Shown: positions 50,269-60,918, counted from the stretch's first letter. The stretch is DNA of 64,000 nt from Candidatus Zixiibacteriota bacterium (GCA_050117845.1 JASFLY010000011.1:19351-83350), one strand, 5' to 3'. The notes: generated by a model from the sequence alone, not told the origin. Numbers and translations: made by a program.

Positions 50269-51288
50269 ATGCCGAGGCGTCGCTCGAGAACGGTCGGCGT
50301 GGACGAATTATCACTGGGCGGCACCAAGCCGCCCGTCGGCGTAACGGTCGGCGAAATGTTCACGGAGATGACCGAGCCGTTGAAGTTGTCCTCGGTCGAG
50401 GACAACGGCGGCTTCGACCGGCGGGTGCGGGGTACCGAGATAAACCGTCCCGCTCTGGCGCTCGCCGGATATTTCGACCATTTCTCCCAGCGCCAGATCC
50501 AGATACTCGGCATGACCGAGTTGTCGTACGTCTCGAGCCTGTCGGAGCGGCGGCGCTCGGAGGTTTTCAAGAAAATAGCATCGTACGAAGGGCTCCCGTG
50601 TTTCGTCGTCGCCCGGGGCCGCAGGCCGCCGCCGGCACTCAAAGTGGCGGCGCGCAACCGCGCGATTCCGGTCGCGGTTTCACGGCGGCGTACCACGGAC
50701 GTCATCGCGCTCCTGTCCGACTACCTGCGCGATAAGTTCGCCCCCCGCATCGCGTTCCACGGCGACCTCCTGGACGTTTACGGCGTCGGTATACTGGTGC
50801 TGGGGGACGCGGCGGTGGGGAAGAGCGAGTGCGCGTTGGACCTGGTCGCCCGGGGCCACCGCATCGTGGCCGACGACCTCGTATTCGTGCGGCGCCGCAT
50901 CACCGGCGAACTGGTGGGCGACACCAAGGAGAGTATCCAGGAGCACATTGAGATCCGCGGCCTGGGCGTCCTCAACGTCAAAGAGCTATTCGGGATCAGG
51001 GCCATACGTAAAACGAAAAACGTGGAACTCATCGTAAAAATCGAACTACTCGACCCCGGCAAGGAATACGACCGCACCGGCCTTGAGCGCCGAAACGCGA
51101 ATATCCTGGGAGTCGAAGCGCCGTATTTGACTATCCCCGTGGTCCCGGGTAAGAACATCTCGACGCTTATCGAGGTCGCGGCGCTGGACTACCTACTCAA
51201 AAGGTACGGCTACGACGCCGCCCGCGTTTTCGACGAACGGCTGCGCTCCCGGATACGCGAGAACCTGCCGAAAGAGGACCGGGAATGA
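50269..51288 (+). CDS. hprK: HPr kinase/phosphorylase
   Basis: NRPALALAG, GKSECALDL, VADD, IEIRGLG, PGKN. Confidence 0.95.
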   Translation: MPRRRSRTVGVDELSLGGTKPPVGVTVGEMFTEMTEPLKLSSVEDNGGFDRRVRGTEINRPALALAGYFDHFSQRQIQILGMTELSYVSSLSERRRSEVFKKIASYEGLPCFVVARGRRPPPALKVAARNRAIPVAVSRRRTTDVIALLSDYLRDKFAPRIAFHGDLLDVYGVGILVLGDAAVGKSECALDLVARGHRIVADDLVFVRRRITGELVGDTKESIQEHIEIRGLGVLNVKELFGIRAIRKTKNVELIVKIELLDPGKEYDRTGLERRNANILGVEAPYLTIPVVPGKNISTLIEVAALDYLLKRYGYDAARVFDERLRSRIRENLPKEDRE

Positions 51289-51707
51289 TAGGGATTCTAC
51301 TCGTAACGCACGGCGACCTCGCGAACGAACTCATAAACTCCGTTGCGATGATAATGGGACGAGTCCCGTTGCTTTCCGCCGTGGGCTTAAACAACGATCA
51401 GAGCCTGGACGATTTCAAGACCGAAATCGAGAAGAAGTGGCGGGAGCTGGAGGACAAGGGCGCCACGAAGATCCTCATATTAGTCGACATGTTCGGCGGG
51501 TCGTGCTCCAACGTCGCGGCCCGGTTGGCGAGCGACAAGGAGGCCGGCCGCGTCGCCCTCGTAACGGGCGTCAACCTTCCGATGGTACTGGAGGCGGCCA
51601 TCGACCGGGACCTTTACTCGCTGGAAGAGCTCGTCGAGAAAACCGTCGACGCCGGCAAGAAGTCGGTCGTCGACGTCCGGGCCGTCTTGGCCCAGAAACT
51701 TCGCTGA
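51285..51707 (+). CDS. Mannose-family PTS EIIA
   Basis: VTHG, DMFGGS, GVNLPM. Confidence 0.9.
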   Translation: MIGILLVTHGDLANELINSVAMIMGRVPLLSAVGLNNDQSLDDFKTEIEKKWRELEDKGATKILILVDMFGGSCSNVAARLASDKEAGRVALVTGVNLPMVLEAAIDRDLYSLEELVEKTVDAGKKSVVDVRAVLAQKLR

Positions 51708-51712
51708 CAGGA

Positions 51713-52213
51713 ATGACGAATTCGGGAACGGGCGTTTTGCTTTACCGCGTGGACGACCGCTTGATCCACGGCCAGGTGGTCGTGGGCTGGGGCCGGCATT
51801 TAAAGGTGAACGCGATTCTCGTCTGCAGCGAACGCGTGGCCGACGACGAACTGGCCCGGACCATGATGGAGATGGGAGCTCCGGCGGACGTGAAGGTCGA
51901 GGTATTGCGGTTAGCCGAGGCCGCCGGGAAATTGAACGGCGGGGCTTTATCCGACCGGTCCGCTATTGTCCTATTCGAAACGCCGGCCGAGGCGCTGGCG
52001 CTGGTCGAACTTGGGGTGGCGATAAAAAGCCTGAACATCGGCGGCATGCATTTCCGGGAGGGGAAGAGACAAATTATGGAAGGTGTTTCGGTCGACGCGG
52101 AGGATTGCCGGGCCATCAATGAACTGGCCGGCCGGGGAATAGACGTATACGTTCAGATGGTCCCGCAGGCCCGTCCCCAGGATATCATTCGCAAACTGCC
52201 GTGCGACTTGTGA
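51713..52213 (+). CDS. Mannose-family PTS EIIB
   Basis: RVDDRLIHGQV, NIGGM. Confidence 0.92.
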   Translation: MTNSGTGVLLYRVDDRLIHGQVVVGWGRHLKVNAILVCSERVADDELARTMMEMGAPADVKVEVLRLAEAAGKLNGGALSDRSAIVLFETPAEALALVELGVAIKSLNIGGMHFREGKRQIMEGVSVDAEDCRAINELAGRGIDVYVQMVPQARPQDIIRKLPCDL

Positions 52214-52250
52214 TCAACGAACCGGCGTCGACGCGGCGGAGGCCGTAGCG

Positions 52251-54308
52251 TTGGAAAACGGGAGGCACTTTTTCGCGTTCGGCGTGCACGACCATCAACC
52301 GGTCGGCAACTTCCCGGAGGTGTTCGCCCGGGTCCACGAACGCGCGTACGCTCCCTTTCTGGAGACGGCCCGCCGGCATCCGGGGATACGCTTTTCGTTG
52401 CACTTCTCCGGAGCGCTACTGGAGTGGTGGGAGGCCGAAGCGCCCGGCGCCGTTGAAGCAATTCGCGATATGGTCGACCGCGGCCAATGCGAGATCCTGG
52501 CCGGGACTTATTACGAAGCACTCGCGCCGGTAGCCCCGGCGGTCGACGTCGTGAATTCGGTCGTCGCCTACCGGGATAAACTGGAGGACGTGTTCGGGTA
52601 CCGCCCCGGCGGCATGTGGGTGGCGGAACGCGTCTTCGAGCCGCACCTCCCGGCCTTGTTGGCCCGGGCCGGCATAGCGCACGTCGCGCTCGACGACTGG
52701 CACTTCCGCGTCGCGGGGATAAAGCCCGAAGAGTTGGGGAGGCCGTGGCTCGCCGAACACCAGGGGGAAGCCGTGGCCGTCTGTCCAATATCCCAGCGGA
52801 TGCGCTACCTGGTGCCGTTCGCCCACGTGGAGGAGGTAATAGCGCTACTGCGGGAGAACCACGAGGCCGGGGCGCCGATGACCTGTATGGCGGACGACGG
52901 CGAGAAGTTCGGCGAGTGGCCCGGGACTAATAACCGTTGCTATCGGGAGGGTTGGCTGGAGGACTTCTTCTCCGCGCTCGACGATAACGCCGATTGGCTT
53001 ACGGTGGGGTCGCTCGGCGAAGCCGTGAAATCGATCACGGCGGCCGGGCCGGCATATCTACCGGCGACGTCCTATTACGAGATGACGCGCTGGGCGCTGC
53101 CGACGGAGAGCCGGAGCCGCTTGGAAAGGTTAGGGGAGAACTTCGCGGTGGACGGCCCCGAAGGCGATCTGACGGCCGGAGGACAGTTTCGGGGCTTCTT
53201 GGCCAAATACCCGGAGGTGAATCTATTCCACAAGCGCGTACAGTGGCTTAGCGCACGTTTGGCGGAGGGGCGGGAAGCGTATCACGAAGAAGCGGCCACG
53301 GTGGAGCGGCACCTCTGGCGCGCGGAGGCCAACGACGCGTACTGGCACGGCGTATTCGGCGGCCTGTACTTGCCCCATTTACGTAGGCGTATACGGGAGG
53401 AATTCACCCGGGCGGAGGACTTGCTCGACCGGGCGGCGGGGACCACGGCCGAGGAGGAAGTGGGAGACGTCGACGCCGACGGGGGGACGGAGATTATACT
53501 CAAGAACGCCGACGTTGTCGCCGTGCTCAAGGAGCGCGAGGGATTGGCCGCGGCCGAGTTCGGCCGGCGCTCTCCCCCCGTCGTACTTACGGACGTGGTG
53601 GCGAGGAGGCCGGAGCCCTATCACGAAGGGCTGGCGGCGGCGTGTAACGCCGACCCGGAAGATAGCGCGGAGACGATCCACACGCCACGGGGGAGTAAAG
53701 AGGCCGATCTGGCCCGTTATCTCGTTTACGACCGGCGGCCCAAACGGCTGTTCCTGGACAGGTTGTTCGCGGCGGGCGCGGATTTGGGGAGTTACGGCCG
53801 AGAGGAAGCGGCCGAGTCCGGCAAGTTCGTATGGGAGAACGCAAAGAAGGAAGGCCGCAATTGGGTGATAAGCGGTCACGTAACAACCGCCGGGGGAGGA
53901 GTCGTAAATTTAGAAAAAACGTTAAGTCTGGACGGCGCGGGCCTCGGGTGTCGATTCAAAATAGAAAACCAAAGCGCGGAAAACCTTTATTACGGGTTAG
54001 AATTAACTTTAAGTATCATATCGGAAGACCCGGAACATTCAATTATTACGGGCGACGGGGAATATGGTTGTAGAGATGCGTTCGAAACGCCGCCGGAGAC
54101 ATCCTGGATAATCCGGGATCGACTGGCGGGGTGGGACCTTCGGATTGAAGCGGAACCGGCCTTGACGCTTTGGCACGCCCCGCTCTATACCGTAAGCTGT
54201 TCCGAGGGCGGTTTCGAGAAGATATATCAGGGTTCGTCGCTAATGCTGGGTCGGGAGTTTAAAGCCGACGACAAACTCGCCGGCCGGGTTAAGATCGGAT
54301 TAATATAA
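52251..54308 (+). CDS. GH57 alpha-amylase/4-alpha-glucanotransferase (DUF1925/DUF1926 type)
   Basis: HDHQPVGNF, WVAERVFEP, DDGEKFG, SYYEM, NDAYWHGVFGGLYLPHLR, SEGGFEKIYQG; no signal peptide. Confidence 0.9.
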   Translation: MENGRHFFAFGVHDHQPVGNFPEVFARVHERAYAPFLETARRHPGIRFSLHFSGALLEWWEAEAPGAVEAIRDMVDRGQCEILAGTYYEALAPVAPAVDVVNSVVAYRDKLEDVFGYRPGGMWVAERVFEPHLPALLARAGIAHVALDDWHFRVAGIKPEELGRPWLAEHQGEAVAVCPISQRMRYLVPFAHVEEVIALLRENHEAGAPMTCMADDGEKFGEWPGTNNRCYREGWLEDFFSALDDNADWLTVGSLGEAVKSITAAGPAYLPATSYYEMTRWALPTESRSRLERLGENFAVDGPEGDLTAGGQFRGFLAKYPEVNLFHKRVQWLSARLAEGREAYHEEAATVERHLWRAEANDAYWHGVFGGLYLPHLRRRIREEFTRAEDLLDRAAGTTAEEEVGDVDADGGTEIILKNADVVAVLKEREGLAAAEFGRRSPPVVLTDVVARRPEPYHEGLAAACNADPEDSAETIHTPRGSKEADLARYLVYDRRPKRLFLDRLFAAGADLGSYGREEAAESGKFVWENAKKEGRNWVISGHVTTAGGGVVNLEKTLSLDGAGLGCRFKIENQSAENLYYGLELTLSIISEDPEHSIITGDGEYGCRDAFETPPETSWIIRDRLAGWDLRIEAEPALTLWHAPLYTVSCSEGGFEKIYQGSSLMLGREFKADDKLAGRVKIGLI

Positions 54309-54312
54309 AAAA

Positions 54313-55029
54313 TTGTTTGACGGTTCCCTTATCGTGGGTTGCGCCGAATGTGCGGTGTGTGTGGCGCTTATCGGCGCGCTGTTGGGCCTCGACAACATTG
54401 CCATCGGGCAATTTATGTTGGCCCAACCCGCCGTCGGGGCGGTGCTATTAGGTTACGTCGTGGGGGAGCCGTGGCTTGGCGTATGGTCGGGCCTGACGTT
54501 TCAACTACTATGGGTGGGCCGGGTTCCCGTCGGCGCGTACGTCCCGCCGAGCGCGCCGATAACGGCTATAGCGGCGGTGGGCATGGCGGCCCCGTTGGAC
54601 GCTCCGTTGGCGTCTCGGGCCGTGCTGGCGGCGGCTCTGGCCATACCGGTCGGCATCCTGGCCGGGCGGCTCGACGTCTGGGTGAAGAACCGTAACGTAG
54701 CGGTCCTGCATCGCGCCGAGAACGACCTTTTAGACGGACGCGCGTACGCCCTGGGGGGCGCGGTGGTCAAGGGAACGTCGATATTCTTCTTGAAGGATTT
54801 CTTCCTTCTCCTGGTCGCCGTTTTTTTAGGCTCGATAGCTCTGTCGGTCGCGCTCGATTACGCGGGGCCGGGGTGGCATCGGGGCCTGGCGCTGGCTTTC
54901 GCGGTCTCGCCGGCGGCGGGGATAGCGGCCGCTTTTAAGATGTACGGCCGCCGACGGAATATCCCGGCGGTCGTCGCCGGGGCCGGCCTGGCCGGAATCG
55001 TCGCCGCCTTATTCGCGACCCTAACATGA
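54313..55029 (+). CDS. Mannose-family PTS EIIC
   Basis: QFMLAQP, PVGAYVPP; multi-TM; operon context. Confidence 0.85.
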   Translation: MFDGSLIVGCAECAVCVALIGALLGLDNIAIGQFMLAQPAVGAVLLGYVVGEPWLGVWSGLTFQLLWVGRVPVGAYVPPSAPITAIAAVGMAAPLDAPLASRAVLAAALAIPVGILAGRLDVWVKNRNVAVLHRAENDLLDGRAYALGGAVVKGTSIFFLKDFFLLLVAVFLGSIALSVALDYAGPGWHRGLALAFAVSPAAGIAAAFKMYGRRRNIPAVVAGAGLAGIVAALFATLT

Positions 55030-55799
55030 CGAACGGGAAACGGAACGAAGCTTATAGTTTGCCCCGGCGTACCCGGGCGGAGATGGTCGTCCGTTCACTC
55101 TTTATCCAGGCGACCAACAACTTCGAACGGATGATGTCGCTGGGATTCCTGTTCGCGTTATGGCCGCTAATTCGGCGCAAGTATACAACGCCCGAAGGGC
55201 GGCGGGAGGCGGCTCTACGGCACCTGTCGTTCTTCAATACGCAGCCATACCTCGCGAACTGCATTCTCGGCGTCGTGGCGCACGCCGAACTCAGGGGCGG
55301 GCCCGGCCTCGATATTGAGGTTGCGCGCGTGAAGAAAGCGATGATGGGGGCGTTCGGCGCACTCGGGGACGACCTGTACTGGGCCGGCCTGATGCCTGCG
55401 GCGGCGCTGGTCACGCTCGTCATCGCCGGCGTTCTGCCGCAATACGCCATCGCGGGCGTCATCGTCGGCCTCATCGCGTACAACGTCTTCCACGGCTGGG
55501 CGCGGATACGCCTCTTCGAAATAGGTTACCGGCTGGGGCGGCGGATAACGACGTATCTGAAACTACTGCGCCTCCCGCGCCTGGCGCAACTGGTTAAAAC
55601 CTTCGTCGCGTTCGCGCTCGGCGTATTGGCCGTCGTGGTCGTCTGGCGGGCGGGCGCGGGGGCCGGATGGATAGGCGGCGTTGCCGCCGGAGTGGCCGTC
55701 GTGGTTTCCGTTATTATACAGAGCTTCGGCGTCAGGCCGGGCCTCTCCTGGTATATTATCGCGGCCGGAGCCGTGACCTTCGGGTTCTTTTTAACGTAG
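55026..55799 (+). CDS. Mannose-family PTS EIID
   Basis: NFERMMSLG, FFNTQP, KAMMGAFGALGD. Confidence 0.9.
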   Translation: MTNGKRNEAYSLPRRTRAEMVVRSLFIQATNNFERMMSLGFLFALWPLIRRKYTTPEGRREAALRHLSFFNTQPYLANCILGVVAHAELRGGPGLDIEVARVKKAMMGAFGALGDDLYWAGLMPAAALVTLVIAGVLPQYAIAGVIVGLIAYNVFHGWARIRLFEIGYRLGRRITTYLKLLRLPRLAQLVKTFVAFALGVLAVVVVWRAGAGAGWIGGVAAGVAVVVSVIIQSFGVRPGLSWYIIAAGAVTFGFFLT

Positions 55800-55810
55800 A
55801 GTAGAACGTA

Positions 55811-56080
55811 ATGGCCCCTATAAGAAAGAAAATTAAGGTACAATGTGATTACGGCCTGCACGCCCGCCCGGCGGCGGCCTTCGTCAAACTCGCGCGCACG
55901 TTCGAAGCCGGGGTAATCCTGGAAAAGAACGGCGAGCGGGTCAACGCGAAATCCATCATGGGCGTAATGATGCTGGCCGTGGCCCGCGGCGAGACGGTTT
56001 ATCTGGAAGCGGACGGACCCGACGGTCAGGCGGCGGCCGACCGCCTGGAATCTTTCCTGGTGAACGGCATTCCGGCGTAA
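55811..56080 (+). CDS. ptsH: Phosphocarrier HPr
   Basis: GLHARPA; NAKSIMGVM (Ser46 motif). Confidence 0.95.
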   Translation: MAPIRKKIKVQCDYGLHARPAAAFVKLARTFEAGVILEKNGERVNAKSIMGVMMLAVARGETVYLEADGPDGQAAADRLESFLVNGIPA

Positions 56081-56099
56081 CTTCTAGAGTGGGACTTTC

Positions 56100-57851
56100 G
56101 TGAAAGAATTTTCCGGCATATCGACGAGTCGCGGCGTGGCCGTAGGCCGGGCCTTCCTCGTGGCGCCCCGCGAATTAACGGTGGAAGAGCGTGGTATCCC
56201 GGCCTCGGACGTCGAGGTCGAGCAGGCCCGCCTCGACCACGCGTTGGCGGTAACGCGCGACGAATTCGCGACGCTCCGGGACGAGGTCAAGAAACACGAG
56301 TCGTCCATACGGGCCGAGATCCTCGACGCGTACATGCTGATACTCGACGACGAGATGCTGAGCCAGAAGGCCCGGGAGAAAATAGCCCAGGATAGCGTCA
56401 CGGCCGAATACGCCTTCAAGACGACGCTCGACGGGATGCTGGCCGTCTTCGAGGCGATGGAGGACCCGTATTTCCGGGAACGCGCCGTGGACCTCCGCGA
56501 CGTGGGAAACCGCGTCGTCATGAACCTGTTGGGTGTGGCGTACAAGTTGTTCGAGGACATAAGCGACGACACGGTTATAGTGGCCCACGACCTGCCGCCC
56601 TCGGAAGCGGCGGCCCTACCCCGGGGCAAGGTCCGCGGCATCGTCACCGAGGTGGGGAGCCGGACCTCGCACACGGCCATTATGGCCCGCAGTCTGGAAG
56701 TACCGGCGGTCGTCGGCGCGAGCGGCGTCGTCGGGTACGTTCGCGGCGGCGAACGGCTCGTCGTCGACGGGATCAACGGCCGCGTAATAGTAAATCCGAC
56801 GGACGAACAGGCCGCCGAATACGAGGAGCTTATACGGGACCTCGCCGAGGAGGAGTTGCGGCGGACCCGATTGGCCGAACTCCCGGCTAAAACCCTCGAC
56901 GGGTATCGGGTCGAACTCTCGGCCAACGTCGAGGTTCTTCCGGAACTCGAGGCCGTCCACCGTCACGGCTGCGACGGCGTCGGCCTTTACCGAACGGAGT
57001 TCCTTTTCCTCCACCGGGCCGACCTGCCCTCCGAGGAGGAACAGCTGGATGCCTACCGCCGCGTGGCGCAGGCGTCGCAGCCGCATACGTGCATTATCCG
57101 AACCATCGACATCGGCGGCGACAAGTTCCTCTCCTTCCCGGACGTGGCGCGCGAACTCAACCCGTTCCTGGGCCTCCGGGCCATACGCTTTTGCCTCCGA
57201 CGGCAGGACATATTCCGGACGCAGTTGCGGGCCATACTCCGCGCTTCGGGATACGGGAAGGTCAAGATAATGTTCCCGATGATATCCGACGTGGAGGAAC
57301 TCCGGGCCGCCAAACGAATACTCGAGGGCGCTAAAAAGGAACTGACGGAAGAGGGACATCGCTTCGACCCGGAGATGGAAGTCGGCATAATGATCGAGGT
57401 TCCGTCGGCGGCGCTCAGCGCGGACATCCTCGCCCGGGAGTGCGATTTCTTCAGCCTCGGGACGAACGATTTGATACAATATACGCTCGCGGCCGACCGG
57501 GGGAACGAGAAGATAGCGTACCTCTACGAACCGTTCCATCCGGCGGTCCTCAAACTCATACGTCTAACCGTGGACGCGGCCCACCGCAACCGCATCTGGG
57601 TCGGCGTCTGCGGCGAAATGGTTGCGGACCCGCGGGCGGCTATATTATTATTGGGGTTGTCGTGTGACGAATTCAGCGCGAGCCCGGCCTCGGTGCCCGA
57701 TATCAAAATCGCCATCCGGAAAGCGAGTTACCGCAAGGCGCGGCGCATCGCCGAAAAGGCCGTGCGGATGACGTCGGCCGCCGAGATACGGACATATTTA
57801 ACCGAAGCCGTTTCCGGGTTGGGGATCCCGGCCTTCCAATGCGAATGGTAA
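56100..57851 (+). CDS. ptsI: PTS enzyme I
   Basis: TSHTAIMAR, GLYRTEF, NPFLGLRAIR, GTNDL, CGEM. Confidence 0.96.
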   Translation: MKEFSGISTSRGVAVGRAFLVAPRELTVEERGIPASDVEVEQARLDHALAVTRDEFATLRDEVKKHESSIRAEILDAYMLILDDEMLSQKAREKIAQDSVTAEYAFKTTLDGMLAVFEAMEDPYFRERAVDLRDVGNRVVMNLLGVAYKLFEDISDDTVIVAHDLPPSEAAALPRGKVRGIVTEVGSRTSHTAIMARSLEVPAVVGASGVVGYVRGGERLVVDGINGRVIVNPTDEQAAEYEELIRDLAEEELRRTRLAELPAKTLDGYRVELSANVEVLPELEAVHRHGCDGVGLYRTEFLFLHRADLPSEEEQLDAYRRVAQASQPHTCIIRTIDIGGDKFLSFPDVARELNPFLGLRAIRFCLRRQDIFRTQLRAILRASGYGKVKIMFPMISDVEELRAAKRILEGAKKELTEEGHRFDPEMEVGIMIEVPSAALSADILARECDFFSLGTNDLIQYTLAADRGNEKIAYLYEPFHPAVLKLIRLTVDAAHRNRIWVGVCGEMVADPRAAILLLGLSCDEFSASPASVPDIKIAIRKASYRKARRIAEKAVRMTSAAEIRTYLTEAVSGLGIPAFQCEW

Positions 57852-58804
57852 AAAAAGCTGCTATATTCGGACTAATTCTCCTGGCTACGACCTCCTGTCA
57901 CACCGATCTCTTTTTCGGGAAGGTGGAAGGCGTGGCCGCCCAGGTATACGCACCCAACGGCCGGACGCCCGTCTACGACGGCCGCGTCGTCATCGAGGAG
58001 CTGGAAGCCCACGGGTACGTCGGCGAAACCATGACCGGCCCGGACGGCGGCTTCGTTTTCCCGACGGTCCCGGACGCGTCGTACCGCGTGACTATAACTT
58101 CGGCCAACGAGGTCTTCGAGACTATTTACCACATTGAGGTCGAGGACGGCTATTCCGCGGGCGAGGTCGAAGTGCTGATGTCTCCCGTGCGAGAGGGCAC
58201 GTTCGTCAACGTGCCAGGGCGCTACGACGACATGAGCGTTATATTCGCCGATCTGGGCTACCGCTACCGCACGGTGGAACTGGCCGAACTGGCGGTCTCC
58301 TCCGGAACTATAGAGGGCGCGGACGTCGTTTTTTTAAACAGCGGCGTGGATACCGTCTGGGCCGAGAACCCGGACGTTACGGCGAAACTGCGGGCCTTCG
58401 TCGAGGCGGGCGGGCGGCTTATGGTGTCCGACCGGGCGTGGCCCTTCATCCGGGCGATTTGGCCCAACCGAGTGACGTGGCCGGCCGACCCGGAAATAGG
58501 CGGCCTCTATCAGGACATCACCGCGGACGTCGCTCCCGGCGGCCTTAGGACCTGCGTGACGGTCCCGACGTGGGAATTACGTTACGCCCAGGGGAATTGG
58601 GCCTTGCCGAGTGGTACGACCGGCACGACTTTCATATCGGGGGACGTCGAGACCTCGGCCGGGAGCCGGGCGGACGCTCCCTTGCTTTTGGGCTTCGCCG
58701 CCGGCGACGGTTTCGTTTACTTCAGCACGTTCAACTGGCGCACGCAGTACAAGGAAGGCCGCGTAGCGGTCCGTACCTTCAATTACCTTATAGCGAACCG
58801 CTAA
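57845..58804 (+). CDS. Hypothetical lipoprotein (carboxypeptidase-regulatory-like N-domain)
   Basis: Signal peptide ending TTSC; TGPDGGFVF motif. Confidence 0.6.
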   Translation: MVKKAAIFGLILLATTSCHTDLFFGKVEGVAAQVYAPNGRTPVYDGRVVIEELEAHGYVGETMTGPDGGFVFPTVPDASYRVTITSANEVFETIYHIEVEDGYSAGEVEVLMSPVREGTFVNVPGRYDDMSVIFADLGYRYRTVELAELAVSSGTIEGADVVFLNSGVDTVWAENPDVTAKLRAFVEAGGRLMVSDRAWPFIRAIWPNRVTWPADPEIGGLYQDITADVAPGGLRTCVTVPTWELRYAQGNWALPSGTTGTTFISGDVETSAGSRADAPLLLGFAAGDGFVYFSTFNWRTQYKEGRVAVRTFNYLIANR

Positions 58805-58878
58805 GACGGACGCTAATACTATTTCGGCCGCGAAGTTGGCGGCCGGTACGGGCGCGCTGGCGGCGCGCCCGTAAGCAT

Positions 58879-59403
58879 ATGGAAAGGGATCCCCACGTTC
58901 TGCCCATCCTGGGCGTTCTGGCCACGCCGTCGGTTTCCGCCGACGAGGTCGTAGCGGCGTGCCGCCGCGAACTCTTCGACGTCGCTCTCACGTCGGCCGT
59001 CGTGCCGTTCGACGATACCGACTATTACCGTTCAGAGATGGGACCGGACCTGAAGCGATTCTGGTGCGCCGCCGCCGCGACGGTAGGGGCGGACCTTCTC
59101 GCCGACATGAAGACGGCCTCCGGGCGGCTGGAGGGGCGCTGGCGGGACGAAGGGAAGCGGCGCGTCAACCTCGATCCGGGGTACGTAACGCCGCTTCAAC
59201 TCGTCCTCGCGACGACCAAGACCCTGCCGCAGGCGGTTTACCTCCGCGACGGAATCTCGGCCGTGGTGGAGCTTTTATACCGCGACGGCGTATTCGCGCC
59301 GATGCCGTGGACTTACCCCGATTACGGCCGGGCGGCGAGCGCGGCCACCTTCGAGCCGTTCCGCGATTACCTGTTAGGCCTGCTGCGGGAGGCGAAGAAG
59401 TGA
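58879..59403 (+). CDS. DUF4416 family protein
   Basis: TDYYRSEMG, VNLDPGY, LATTK, WTYPDY. Confidence 0.8.
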   Translation: MERDPHVLPILGVLATPSVSADEVVAACRRELFDVALTSAVVPFDDTDYYRSEMGPDLKRFWCAAAATVGADLLADMKTASGRLEGRWRDEGKRRVNLDPGYVTPLQLVLATTKTLPQAVYLRDGISAVVELLYRDGVFAPMPWTYPDYGRAASAATFEPFRDYLLGLLREAKK

Positions 59404-59873
59404 CCGGCTCCACATCGGTCCTGACCCGGTCGGCCGAGGACACGATGGCCCGGGCGGCCCGCCTCGCGGCGGTTCTACCGGCCGGCACGGTCCTCCTCCT
59501 CGACGGCGAACTGGGCGGCGGGAAGACGACCTTCGTGCGAGGCCTCGCCCGCGGCCTGGGGCTCGACGTGGAACCGCGCAGCCCCACCTTCGCGTTGGTG
59601 CGCGAGTATCCGGGATTGGTCCACGTGGACCTGTACCGTCTGGCGCCGGGCGACGTGGACGGCCTGGGCCTCGAGGACTACCTGGGCGGCGAACGGCTCG
59701 TAGCGGTGGAGTGGAGCTCGCACGCGCCGCCGGAATACTGGAAGGGTTTGCCGGCCTTGATAGGCCTAGCGTTCGAAATAGAGGGCGAGGCGGCCCGGCG
59801 CATCACGCTCCGCGCCGACGGTTCGGAGCCCGCGTCGCTGGCGCGGGAGATAGCGAGATTGCTTTGCGGATAA
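59400..59873 (+). CDS. tsaE: t6A biosynthesis ATPase TsaE
   Basis: GELGGGKTTF, SPTF, HVDLYRL, VEW. Confidence 0.93.
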   Translation: MTGSTSVLTRSAEDTMARAARLAAVLPAGTVLLLDGELGGGKTTFVRGLARGLGLDVEPRSPTFALVREYPGLVHVDLYRLAPGDVDGLGLEDYLGGERLVAVEWSSHAPPEYWKGLPALIGLAFEIEGEAARRITLRADGSEPASLAREIARLLCG

Positions 59874-60484
59874 TAGCGCTCGAAGCGTCGACGTCCCGGG
59901 CCTCCGTGGCCTTTCTGGACGGCGAGAGCGAAGAGGCGGTCAGGCCGGCCGATTCCACCGGCCGCCTGGCGGAGGTTTTCATTCCGGCCCTCGACGACCT
60001 TTCCGCGCGGACCTGGGACGCCAAGGACGCGGATTTGATAGTTACGGGCCGGGGCCCCGGTTCTTTCACCGGCCTGCGGGTCGCGATGGCCGCCGCCAAG
60101 GGCCTCGCTTTCGCGACCGGCGTCCCCGTCGTCGCCGCGTCCTCGCTCATGGCGCTGGCGAGTCAAACGGGAGAACGGGGAACGGTTGTGGCGGCGCTGG
60201 ACGCCCGCGGCGGTTCGTACTACTACGCCGTTTACGATTGCCGGGACGGCTTCCCGGAGGAGGTCGAGACCCCGGCTTTATGCGGCGAGGTAGACCTCTC
60301 CGCCATTAATGGCGACGTCTTCGTCGGGCCGGTACGGCCGGAAGGATGGGCCGGCGGGCCTTGGCTCGAAATATGGCCTGACGCCGCGGCGTTGGGGCGC
60401 GTGGGCGCCGTGCTATACGAGCGGCGGGGGGCCGACGAGTTGGCGGCCCTTCGGCCCGAATACCTCAAGCGGGGACAGGTTTGA
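59864..60484 (+). CDS. tsaB: t6A biosynthesis protein TsaB
   Basis: GRGPGSFTGLRV, DAR, PEYL. Confidence 0.92.
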   Translation: MRIIALEASTSRASVAFLDGESEEAVRPADSTGRLAEVFIPALDDLSARTWDAKDADLIVTGRGPGSFTGLRVAMAAAKGLAFATGVPVVAASSLMALASQTGERGTVVAALDARGGSYYYAVYDCRDGFPEEVETPALCGEVDLSAINGDVFVGPVRPEGWAGGPWLEIWPDAAALGRVGAVLYERRGADELAALRPEYLKRGQV

Positions 60485-60918
60485 GCGCGATGCTCCGACA
60501 TGCCCGCGTCGATGAACTCCCGGCCATTATGGCGATCGAGGCGGCGTCGTTCCCCTGTCCGTGGTCGGAAACATCTTTCGTCCACGAATTCACCAACGAC
60601 ATATCGGTCTTCAAGGTCCTCGTGGTGGAGGGCAACGTAGCCGGGTATTACGACCTTTGGGCCTGCGCGGACGAGGCCCACTTACTTAACGTAGCGGTGG
60701 CGGAGGAGCACCGGCGCCGGGGCTACGGGACGATGATGCTGGCGGACGTGGTGGAGGAAGCGAGGGCCGCCGGGTGCGTCCGTATCTTTCTGGAGGTCAG
60801 GCCGGGCAACGCCGCCGCGATACGCATATACGAGGCGTTCGGTTTCCGCAAGGTAGCGACCCGTCCCCGCTACTATGCCGACAACGAAGATGCCGACGTT
60901 ATGGTAAAGGAAGTTTGA
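60481..60918 (+). CDS. rimI: Ribosomal-protein-alanine N-acetyltransferase
   Basis: RRRGYG, FLEVRPGN, RPRYY..EDA; follows tsaB. Confidence 0.9.
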   Translation: MSAMLRHARVDELPAIMAIEAASFPCPWSETSFVHEFTNDISVFKVLVVEGNVAGYYDLWACADEAHLLNVAVAEEHRRRGYGTMMLADVVEEARAAGCVRIFLEVRPGNAAAIRIYEAFGFRKVATRPRYYADNEDADVMVKEV

